Assembly (NCBI GenBank): GCA_965198225.1
Contig: CBDAOY010000006.1
Span: forward strand, 640,001 to 704,000
From: Terriglobia bacterium
GTDB lineage: Bacteria; Acidobacteriota; Terriglobia; 20CM-2-55-15
Length of the DNA stretch: 64,000 nt
Direction of reading: 5' to 3'
The translations under genes and the position numbers were made by a program. The notes under the pieces are model-generated. The model was not told the DNA's origin. It saw only the letters and a list, made by a program, of their open reading frames with translations, and made no database searches. Of this stretch, positions 38,086 to 46,812 are shown piece by piece. Every line of letters begins with the position of its first letter. Within the stretch, counting starts at the first letter, position 1.

Positions 38086-41000
38086 TTGAAGAGATACTGC
38101 CAACTGTTCGGCGTGCTGGGCCTGCTTTTGTGGTCGCATCCCGGGGCCGGCCACACCCGAATCACGGGCCTAACCGGGGCGATGCCGCGATGGACGGTAT
38201 CTCCGATTCCTTATTCGATAAACGACCGTGGGCTGGCGGAAATCCCGAACGAAAGCGAACTCATCGCAATCCAGGCGGCGTTCGATGCCTGGGCGGCGGT
38301 CGCCAGCGCGGACGTTCAGTTTGATTTCCGCGGCGCGACCCCGGATCGCAGCGTCGGTCTGGACGGTACCAACCTGATCACGTTTGCAGACGACAGTGGC
38401 CTGTTGGGATCGGCGACGTTGGCCGCAACCTTCTCCTTCTTCAGACGGAGCGGAGGAGAGCTGGTTTTCGAAGAATCCGACATCGCTTTCAACCCGAACC
38501 ACGAGTTTACGACCAGCGGCGAGTCGGGGCGGTTCGACATTCAAAGCGTGGTGACCCATGAAGCCGGGCACCTGCTGGGTCTGGACCACTCCGGCCTGGT
38601 CTCATCGGTCATGGGGCCGTTTGCCGTTCCCAATCAGACACACCAGCGTGTGCTCATGTATGACGATGTCGCCGGTATTACTCAGATCTATCCCGCTTCG
38701 GGCGCGCAGGACGTCGGTACGATCGCGGGCCGGGTCCAGGTGAACGGCGTCGACATTTTCGGCGCGCATGTCGTTGCAATAGACAGCAACGGCACACCGC
38801 TCGTGGGGGTGGCTACCAATAGAGGCGGCTCCTACAGCATTCCGCTCCTTCCACCGGGTGACTACCGCGTTTACGCTGAACCGCTCGATCGACCGGTGTC
38901 GAGCGCACAGCTTCCGAGTTTCTTTGCCGGCGTCATGACGGGCTTCGGTACCACCTACTACGGCGACGTTCGGCACCTGAGTGAAGCCACCGCGGTGACG
39001 GTCGTCGCCGGGGAAGCGTCCGCGGGGATCGACATACGCGCTGTGCCGCGAAGCGCGAACTCCTTTAACCTGACGCGACCCGTGTTCGCCCGTCGAATCC
39101 CGCGCGGGACCACGGAGACCCTGCGTGTCGGCGGGAACAACGTCGTGTCGGGCGCGACCTTCGAACCTTCGAGTTCCGGGGTCTTCCTCGATCTTGTGAC
39201 CTTCGGTGGGCGTCTCTCCAGGACGGCTCCCACGAGCGCCTCGATCGAAGTCGGGGTGTCGACCGACACGCCCCTCGGGCCGAAGAACATCACCGGGTTC
39301 CTGGAGGATGCGACATCCATCGTGAGCGGGGCGGTCGTGATCACCGAACAGGCGCCGGATGGGATCGATGTCTCTCCGGTCACGGCCTCATTCGAAGGCG
39401 GCGGGATCGCGACTATCACGGGGAGTGGTTTCCGGGTTGGTGTTTCTGTTTTCTTCGGAGGACTTCCAGCCCCGGACGTTGTTTTCCTGAACTCCGGTAT
39501 GTTGCAGGTCGGGATTCCCGAAAACGCACCCGGGCCCGTCAACATTCAGGTATTCAACTCCGACGGCACCTCCGGACTTCTCCCGGATGGTTTCAGTTAC
39601 ACGGCTCCACCGCCGACGATCTCCCTCGCGACACCTCTCATGGGCCCGCCGTCGACGCTCGTGACGATCGAGGGGGAAAACTTCGACGTGCGTCCCCGAA
39701 ACATCGCTGTGAATTTCAACGGGCAGTCCGGACGGATCATCAGCACTACCCGAACGCGGATTGAAACAGTTGTGCCGTTCGGCGCCACGAGCGGAACGCT
39801 CTCCCTTTCGGTGTTCGGCGTTACGGTTGACGGTCCTCAGTTTACGGTTACGGAGTCGGGTACGAGCACCAACATCGCTCCGGCCGCATTTCAGTTCGTC
39901 GATGCGACTCCCGCCGGAGGCGGCACGAATATCGTTTTTACGAACGCGGACGACGCGGTGCGCTTCATGAACCTCCCGTTCACGTTCAGCCTGTTCCGGG
40001 ACACGTTCATCGCGGGGAGCCGCATTTCGATCGCCACGAACGGATGGTTGAGCCTGGATGCGGCGTCGACGCCGGAATTCCAGAATGCTTCTTTGCCCGC
40101 GCAGACCGTCGAACGGCCGAGTGGAGGCGATGGTGTGATTCCGGCCGCGCTCATTGCCCCATTCTTCGACGATCTGACGTTCGCAGGCGGGGGCAGGGTC
40201 AGTTCGCTCCTCACTGGAAGCGTGGGGAGTCGCCGGTTCGTCGTCCAGTGGTCGAACGCGTCCATCCTGGATTCGGTGGGGAACGATCTAGGGGCCGACA
40301 TGACCTTCGAATTGATCCTCTTTGAAGGAAGCAATGACATCCAGTTCGTGTATCAGTCCATGACGGGAGAGCGATCCGACGGGTCGAGTGCGACTATCGG
40401 ACTGCAGAATCTCCAGCGTAGCGACGCCGTACAGGCCGGCTTCAACCAGGCAATCGTCGGAAACGGTGTCGCCATCACGTATCGGTTTGGCGGAGGCACG
40501 TACATTGAAGACGTAGGCAATCAGACGACCCCGACGGCCCCGACAGTCTCGGACGGGGGGGAGCGGATTCCGAACCGCGGCGAGTTGTTCGCATCCTGGT
40601 CGACGGATCCCGAGGCCTCGATCCGGCATTACGAGTATACCATCGGGACGACGCCCGGTGGTGTGGATGTTCGGCCGTTTACCGTAACAGAGAACAACTC
40701 CGTCGTCGTAAACGGACTGGTTCTGGATGAAGCTCAGACTTACTACTTCGCCGTGAAGGCTACGAGCTTGTTTGGACTCGCCAGCGAGGTCGGTTTGTCG
40801 GACGGCATTCGAGTGGACGCTTCGTTTGAACCGACGGTGCATATTTTCCCCTCCGTGCCTCATGACGGCGGGACCTTCGGTGGAATTGCCCTCCAGGCGA
40901 CGGCTGCCACCGACGTCGTCTTGCGGGCTATAGACATCGATGGGGCGTTAGCGCTGGGTCCAGGCATCCAAAACCCTGCCACGGCTCGCCTGGGACCGGG

Positions 41001-42066
41001 CGAACAGTGGGCGCGTTTGATACCGGAGATCTTCGGTTCAGATTCCTTCACAGGATGGTTCGAACTGGAAGCGTCCGACACCGATCTGAGGACCTACATG
41101 GCCACAGGAAGGACCGGCCTGGTACGGTTTGACGGCGCAAGCTCGGCCAGCCCTTCGAAGGATTTTTTCCTTTTCCACGAAGGCGCAAATGCGATCCTGA
41201 TCAACCCCGGCGCGCAATCGGTCACCGCCACGATCACCCGGCTGGCAACGCGTACGAGCCAACCGTTAGAGATCCCTGCCCGCTCCCGGAGGACGACGCC
41301 GCTGACCGGACCTGTGCGGATTACTTCACCGGACTCGATCGCGGGGGTCGAACACTTCGGTGCCGATGAAGACCTGGGGATAGGAGACGCGGTTCCGGCC
41401 CTGGGGCGGTGTGCGACCGGACTCGATCGCGGGGGTCGAACACTTGACGTGGGGCGGTCGACCCTGACGTTCCCTCATGCGGTCGTGGGTGGCGGGTATA
41501 CGTCGTGGATCGACTTGGCGAACCTGGCGGCGCATCCACTAACCGTTCAGGTGAGCTTCGCCGGATCGAGTAAGACCCTGCAGCTTGCCGGCGGGAACTC
41601 TACCCGTCTTTCCCTTGCGTCGTTCCTGGGTATCGCGGACGGCCAGATTCGGACCGACGCGGTGCGTATCGCGGCGAGTTCCTTTTTTGGTTCGTCAGCG
41701 CTCGTCGGCGTCATCGACATCGAGAGTGCCGGTTCGGTGGTCACGCTTGGGCCGGTCGAAGCGGCGACGGACATCCTGTTCCCGCACGTCGCTCAAGGCA
41801 ATGGGTTCTTTACCGGGATCGCGCTGGCTGCGGGGACCTCAGAAACGACGGTTACGGTCGAAGTGTTTCCGGCATCCGGAGCAACGCCGAAGACGGGAAC
41901 CGTCGTGGTGCCGGCGAGCGGCCAGATCGCCCGGCTCGTCAGCGAGCTCGTCCCCGAAGTAACCGAACAGAGCGGCGGCTACATCCGGTTGACCGCAGAC
42001 CAACCCGTTTGGGCCTGGGAGATTTATGGCACCGCATCCGCCATGGCGTCAGGCCCCCCGTTGTGA
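38086..42066 (+). CDS. Large secreted matrixin (M10-like) metalloprotease with carboxypeptidase-regulatory, IPT/TIG, NIDO-like and beta-sandwich domains
   Basis: Signal peptide; HEAGHLLGLDHS plus Met-turn VMGP; LPPGDY; ITGSGF/IEGENF IPT repeats; IAPFFDDL; in-frame 48-bp insertion at 41411-41458. Confidence 0.88.
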   Translation: MKRYCQLFGVLGLLLWSHPGAGHTRITGLTGAMPRWTVSPIPYSINDRGLAEIPNESELIAIQAAFDAWAAVASADVQFDFRGATPDRSVGLDGTNLITFADDSGLLGSATLAATFSFFRRSGGELVFEESDIAFNPNHEFTTSGESGRFDIQSVVTHEAGHLLGLDHSGLVSSVMGPFAVPNQTHQRVLMYDDVAGITQIYPASGAQDVGTIAGRVQVNGVDIFGAHVVAIDSNGTPLVGVATNRGGSYSIPLLPPGDYRVYAEPLDRPVSSAQLPSFFAGVMTGFGTTYYGDVRHLSEATAVTVVAGEASAGIDIRAVPRSANSFNLTRPVFARRIPRGTTETLRVGGNNVVSGATFEPSSSGVFLDLVTFGGRLSRTAPTSASIEVGVSTDTPLGPKNITGFLEDATSIVSGAVVITEQAPDGIDVSPVTASFEGGGIATITGSGFRVGVSVFFGGLPAPDVVFLNSGMLQVGIPENAPGPVNIQVFNSDGTSGLLPDGFSYTAPPPTISLATPLMGPPSTLVTIEGENFDVRPRNIAVNFNGQSGRIISTTRTRIETVVPFGATSGTLSLSVFGVTVDGPQFTVTESGTSTNIAPAAFQFVDATPAGGGTNIVFTNADDAVRFMNLPFTFSLFRDTFIAGSRISIATNGWLSLDAASTPEFQNASLPAQTVERPSGGDGVIPAALIAPFFDDLTFAGGGRVSSLLTGSVGSRRFVVQWSNASILDSVGNDLGADMTFELILFEGSNDIQFVYQSMTGERSDGSSATIGLQNLQRSDAVQAGFNQAIVGNGVAITYRFGGGTYIEDVGNQTTPTAPTVSDGGERIPNRGELFASWSTDPEASIRHYEYTIGTTPGGVDVRPFTVTENNSVVVNGLVLDEAQTYYFAVKATSLFGLASEVGLSDGIRVDASFEPTVHIFPSVPHDGGTFGGIALQATAATDVVLRAIDIDGALALGPGIQNPATARLGPGEQWARLIPEIFGSDSFTGWFELEASDTDLRTYMATGRTGLVRFDGASSASPSKDFFLFHEGANAILINPGAQSVTATITRLATRTSQPLEIPARSRRTTPLTGPVRITSPDSIAGVEHFGADEDLGIGDAVPALGRCATGLDRGGRTLDVGRSTLTFPHAVVGGGYTSWIDLANLAAHPLTVQVSFAGSSKTLQLAGGNSTRLSLASFLGIADGQIRTDAVRIAASSFFGSSALVGVIDIESAGSVVTLGPVEAATDILFPHVAQGNGFFTGIALAAGTSETTVTVEVFPASGATPKTGTVVVPASGQIARLVSELVPEVTEQSGGYIRLTADQPVWAWEIYGTASAMASGPPL

Positions 42067-42082
42067 GCGCCGCTGCGCGGCG

Positions 42083-42278
42083 CCGTAGGCCGTTGTCCGT
42101 TGTGGGGTCGCTTACGGAAGTTTCGTGGTGACTGGCGAGAAATGTTTTCGTAGGCCGTCGATCGCGGAACTGGGAAAGACTCCCCTCCTCATCGTGTGAG
42201 GAGAGAGTTTGGGTGTCGCGTTGCCTGTTCACAACCGGCCGCGGAGCGGCCCAACGGCCTACGGATAACGGCCTACGG
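42083..42278. repeat. Inverted CCGTAGG heptamer arrays enclosing a single CCCCTCC REP (42176-42208)
   Basis: ccgtaggccgttgtccgttg ... aagactcccctcctcatcgtgtgaggagagagt ... caacggcctacggataacggcctacgg. Confidence 0.8.
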
Positions 42279-42295
42279 GCTCCCGTCCGGGCGGC

Positions 42296-44395
42296 TCAAT
42301 CCTCCTCCTCCCCTTCCCCGGCAGCCTCCGCTTTCGCATGCGCGATCACCTTCTCGGCCAGGTTCGCCGGGATTTCTTCGTAATGAGCGAACGACATCGT
42401 GTAGTTGCCGTGACCGCCGGTCTTCGAGGTGAGGTCTGAGGCGTAGGTCAGCATCTCAGCCAGCGGTACCTGGGCCTTGATAACGGTGGTCTTGCCCTTC
42501 ATTTCCATGCCCTGCACGCGGCCGCGTCGGCCGTTCAGGTCGCCCATGAGGTCGCCCGCGTAATCTTCGGGCGTGTCGATGACGACGTCCATGACCGGTT
42601 CCAACAGCACCGGCTTGGCCTGCTCCATCGCCTTGCGGAATGCGAGACGGCCAGCTATCTTGAACGCCATTTCCGACGAATCCACGGTGTGGTATGAACC
42701 GTCGTACAGCGTGACTCTGAAATCGACCGTCGGGAAACCGGCCAGTGTTCCCTGCAGGCGGGCTTCCTGGATACCCTTCTCAACCGCCGGGATGTACTGT
42801 TTCGGGATTGCCCCGCCGAAGATCTCGACGACGAACTCGAAGTCCGCGCCACGGGCGAGCGGCTCAACCTTGATTTTGCAGTCTCCGAACTGTCCGTGCC
42901 CCCCCGTCTGTTTCTTGTGACGGCCCTGTACGTCGGCCCGACCACGGATCGTTTCCTGGTAGGGGACTTTCGGAGGCTTCAGGTTCACTCCGACTCCATA
43001 GCGTTTCCGCAGACGCGAAACGGCAACCTCCACGTGCATCTGACCCTGTCCCGAGATCAGGAATTGTTTCGTCTGCGGCTCCCGCTCGTAGCGCAGCCCG
43101 GGGTCTTCTTCGATGATTTTCTGGATCGCGGTCGAGATCTTTTCTTCGTCGCCACGGGACTTCGGTTCGATGGCGAACGAGATCATCGGTTCGGGCCACG
43201 TTACATCGGGATAGATGATGGGGCTGCCACCCTCCGCCAGCGTGTCTCCCGTGTGGGTGTCCTTGAACTTCGCGACCGCGGCGATGTCGCCGGTGTGAAT
43301 CTGCGGAACCTGGACGTGGTCCTTGCCTTGCATGAGCAGGACGTGTCCGATCCGTTCCGTCGACTCTCTCTTCACGTTGTAGGGATGCGTGTCCGAACTC
43401 ATCGTTCCCGAATACAACTTGAACAGAGATATCCGTCCGGTGAAGGGATCGGAGATCGTCTTGAAGACATATGCGGAAAACGGTTCGTCGTCGGACACGT
43501 TTCGCTCGACCTCGCCGCCACCTGGATCCGCTCCCTTCACCATGCCCACCTGCAGGGGATCTGGAGCGAAATCGATGAGGGAATCGAGCATTGAGGAGAC
43601 CCCTATGTTCCGTGTTCCGGACGAGTAGAATACCGGGTAGATCTCGTGCTTGAGGACCTGGGTCTTCAGCCCCGATATGAGCTCCTCGTCCGAGAGAGTT
43701 CCCTCGTCGAAGAACTTCTCCATCAACTCGTCACTGCTCTCGGCCACCAGTTCGATCAGCTTCTCCCGGTACTCCCGGCAACGGTCCGCATCGTCGTCAG
43801 GGATGTCAGTCACCGAGAATTTTCCGCTGCCGTCACCCTCGTAGATGTGGGCCTTCATGCGCGTCAGGTCCGCCACGCCCCTGAAGTTCTGTTCCGTCCC
43901 GATTGGGATCTGGACCGGGACACATGTTCTTCCGAAATCTTCCTGGATCGACGCCAGCGATTCGGCGAAGCTGGCCCGGTCCCGGTCGCACCGGTTGACG
44001 AGGACGAAGCGCGGCACCTCGAATTCATCGCAGAACTGCCATACCTTTTCCGATTGCACCTGTGCGCCGGAAACACAGTCGATGACGACGATAGCCGTGT
44101 CCGCAACACGCAGGGCTGCGCGGGCCTCCTGGATCATGTTCCCGAAGCCGGGCGTATCGAGCATGTTGATCTTGTGCTTCTTCCATTCGCAGAACGCCAG
44201 CTTGGTCGAAATCGTCATCTTGCGTTCGATTTCTTCCTCGTCGTAGTCCGTCGGCGCGTTCCCATCGTCGACGCTGCCGAGCCTGGTCGTCGCGCCGCTG
44301 GCGTAGAGGGCCGCCGAAACAAGCGACGTCTTCCCCGTACCTCCGTGTCCCACAAAACAGATGTTTCGGATCGAATGGCCATCGTAGACGTTCAC
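42296..44395 (-). CDS. fusA: Elongation factor G-like protein (non-canonical EF-G paralogue)
   Basis: GHGGTGKT, RKMTI in place of RGITI, DTPG, NRCD in place of NKxD, KKQTGGHGQF, VDSSEMAF; outside any ribosomal operon. Confidence 0.92.
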   Translation of the reverse strand: MNVYDGHSIRNICFVGHGGTGKTSLVSAALYASGATTRLGSVDDGNAPTDYDEEEIERKMTISTKLAFCEWKKHKINMLDTPGFGNMIQEARAALRVADTAIVVIDCVSGAQVQSEKVWQFCDEFEVPRFVLVNRCDRDRASFAESLASIQEDFGRTCVPVQIPIGTEQNFRGVADLTRMKAHIYEGDGSGKFSVTDIPDDDADRCREYREKLIELVAESSDELMEKFFDEGTLSDEELISGLKTQVLKHEIYPVFYSSGTRNIGVSSMLDSLIDFAPDPLQVGMVKGADPGGGEVERNVSDDEPFSAYVFKTISDPFTGRISLFKLYSGTMSSDTHPYNVKRESTERIGHVLLMQGKDHVQVPQIHTGDIAAVAKFKDTHTGDTLAEGGSPIIYPDVTWPEPMISFAIEPKSRGDEEKISTAIQKIIEEDPGLRYEREPQTKQFLISGQGQMHVEVAVSRLRKRYGVGVNLKPPKVPYQETIRGRADVQGRHKKQTGGHGQFGDCKIKVEPLARGADFEFVVEIFGGAIPKQYIPAVEKGIQEARLQGTLAGFPTVDFRVTLYDGSYHTVDSSEMAFKIAGRLAFRKAMEQAKPVLLEPVMDVVIDTPEDYAGDLMGDLNGRRGRVQGMEMKGKTTVIKAQVPLAEMLTYASDLTSKTGGHGNYTMSFAHYEEIPANLAEKVIAHAKAEAAGEGEEED

Positions 44396-44585
44396 GAATT
44401 GCTCCTTGGATATTCGGCGTGCGGCGCTCGCAAATTCGGCGATGCCGTCAGTCTCCTACGCTCGATTTGTGCAGAAAGAGGCTTCTCTAACCGGGTAGGA
44501 ACAGCCCACGCAACGCTAAAGTCGAATTCGCAAATCTAGCACAATCATCCTTGAAAACACTACCTCCAAACAGTAGGCTCGACGC

Positions 44586-46643
44586 GTGTTGGCTCGCAGA
44601 TACCGTCTTGCCGCCCTCCTTGTCGTCGGCGTGCTGTTCGGGCCCGGCGGGCCGGCCTCGGCGGAAACTCAGGTCACGGAGTCGCAGGGGGAACCACCTT
44701 CGCCCGGGACCGTAAGACTGCCGAACGGAATCCGGCTCATTCAACTGCGACGAACGGCTCCGAGCCCGCTTGACGGATCCATCGATATCGCTTTCGGCTA
44801 CACGGTCGGCCTGCGAGATGAGGGCCCCTATACGACTGGAGTGTCGTCGATCCTGGACACCTACCTGGCAGTCTCCGTGCCGGCCAGGACCGTGGCGCTG
44901 GCAACGCACTTTGCCGGCGGACAAGTGGACTTCGTGGGTGAATTTGATCTGGTTGGGATGCGAGTGCGAGTTCCGTCGACGGCGGCTGAAGTCGTTCTGA
45001 TGGAAATCGCGGACTACTTCGCACAGGACCTGGAGGTCGACACGCTGGAGTACGCGCGCTCTCTGGCGCTGGAGAAGGCGCGGGTCGATCCTGAGGATTT
45101 TCGGAACGAAATCGGTGACGAGGTCCGCCGGACCCTGTTTGTCGACCATCCTTACCAACGCCGGCCGTTGGGGCTCGAAGACGACATCGATCGCGTGGAA
45201 GTGGCCCAGCTTCGTGCCCTGTACGCGGGCAGTTTCGGCACCGATCGTGCGTTCGTGATTTCTTCGGATCCTCTTCCGGGAGCAGCCGTGGAAGCGCTCG
45301 CCGCGGTCAAACCGCGGGCGTCGCGCAACACGGACGTCGCCGCGGCCGCTACGGTGCGTGATACTTCAGTGTTGGAGTTTCCCTCCCGACCGGTCGGAGG
45401 CGTAATACTGGCGACGGCGACCCCCAGCGTACACTTCCGCGACTGGTACGCGATGCTCCTGCTTGACGGCTTGATCCGGAGCGTCGTCTCGCCGGATGCG
45501 GTCCTCGATTTCGGTTTGGCCCTGGACCCCTTCTTTCATCAGGTAGCACTCGAGGTCGAGATCCCGCAGTACGTGGAAGACGTCCGGGACGATCTGCTGG
45601 AAAGCGTCGATCAGTTGCAGTATCGGCCGGCATCGCCGGACCTCTTGAACTCCCTCAAGAGCCGCGCACTTGGATTCCTGACTCGTCGTACGACTGAGGA
45701 GTGGTTTGCAGCCCACGACCTCTGGGACGCCCTGGATGAGGGTCGGACGGTGGTGCGGGATTTGATTGCCGACGAGCTGCGGTCTGCTGCCCGCGACTTT
45801 CTATCCGCGCGGCGCGTCATCGCGATCTGGGCGCCGGCGTTCACTGAACCGAGTGTGGAAGTCGAGAGTCTCAGCGACGTCCCCGAGATGGAACCCGTCT
45901 CCGATACCGCGATTCAGAGAGCCCCCGGCCGGGTCGACGCCCCGATGTTGGCTCCGACGGATTTGCCCGCGCCGAATCCGGTTCGGGTCGAGGGACTCGA
46001 GTCGGGAATCACGCTGGCTGCGGCGGAGCAGTACGGCGTGTTCGTTGCCGGAGGGTTCCACGAAGACTTGCCCGGGGGCAGAGCCAGTGTCGGCAGCAAC
46101 GGTGTGGCCTGGTCCTTTGACGGATCTCCAGCGGCGGATGTTTTCGAAACGCTGCGTGGAGTCCGGCCCGATCGGATACTCGTCTTCGTGCCTGAGACCG
46201 CGATGGGTTCAGAGCGCGGGCGGTTCGCAGGTTGGACGAGCGGTCAAAACGATTCCACCCGGAGTATGCCTGCCGGAAGCGTCGCGACCGGCGACATCCC
46301 CGGTCTGCTCACGTTGAAGATGTGGCTCGACGGCAAATTAATCGAAGCCGGGTGGTGGCAGCAGGTGCAGCTCCGGATCGATGGAGTCGAAGGGTCCCGC
46401 CTCTTGATCGAAACGGATGTGGAACGTGAGACGCAGGTGCGCGAATGGATTCGTGAAGTGGCGGAGGACGGAATCAGCGAGGCCGAGTTCGCGGGGGCCC
46501 GCACGGCCGCAATCGGTTACTTCGACCGCATCCGCTCCGACCTCCAGATCCTGCTCTGGCAGAGAGATCCCCGAGGGTCGATCCGTTCACCGGCCAGCGT
46601 CACATTGTCCCGTCTGAGAACGGTCGCCCGAATATACTTCTGA
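44586..46643 (+). CDS. Secreted, catalytically inactive M16 (insulinase)-like protein
   Basis: Signal peptide; RLPNGI, G.RDE...TGVSSILDT (HxxEH lost), LF.DHPY.R.PLG. Confidence 0.65.
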   Translation: MLARRYRLAALLVVGVLFGPGGPASAETQVTESQGEPPSPGTVRLPNGIRLIQLRRTAPSPLDGSIDIAFGYTVGLRDEGPYTTGVSSILDTYLAVSVPARTVALATHFAGGQVDFVGEFDLVGMRVRVPSTAAEVVLMEIADYFAQDLEVDTLEYARSLALEKARVDPEDFRNEIGDEVRRTLFVDHPYQRRPLGLEDDIDRVEVAQLRALYAGSFGTDRAFVISSDPLPGAAVEALAAVKPRASRNTDVAAAATVRDTSVLEFPSRPVGGVILATATPSVHFRDWYAMLLLDGLIRSVVSPDAVLDFGLALDPFFHQVALEVEIPQYVEDVRDDLLESVDQLQYRPASPDLLNSLKSRALGFLTRRTTEEWFAAHDLWDALDEGRTVVRDLIADELRSAARDFLSARRVIAIWAPAFTEPSVEVESLSDVPEMEPVSDTAIQRAPGRVDAPMLAPTDLPAPNPVRVEGLESGITLAAAEQYGVFVAGGFHEDLPGGRASVGSNGVAWSFDGSPAADVFETLRGVRPDRILVFVPETAMGSERGRFAGWTSGQNDSTRSMPAGSVATGDIPGLLTLKMWLDGKLIEAGWWQQVQLRIDGVEGSRLLIETDVERETQVREWIREVAEDGISEAEFAGARTAAIGYFDRIRSDLQILLWQRDPRGSIRSPASVTLSRLRTVARIYF

Positions 46644-46743
46644 GAAGAAGTGACAAGTGAAGAGTGAGTGGCAATTGTCGCGGTTTGGCCCCCCCCAACA
46701 GACTACTGATTGCTGACTACTCAGGCCGGAGGCCTGCCGTACC
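46644..46743. repeat. Heptamer arrays plus a small palindrome
   Basis: aagtgacaagtgaagagtga; gactactgattgctgactact; caggccggaggcctg. Confidence 0.65.
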
Positions 46744-46812
46744 CGCGAAAGTTTTACTCGGCTATTGCGTTGCGTTATGCTGACGCCACGTTCGCCAACA
46801 TTCGGAGCACCC

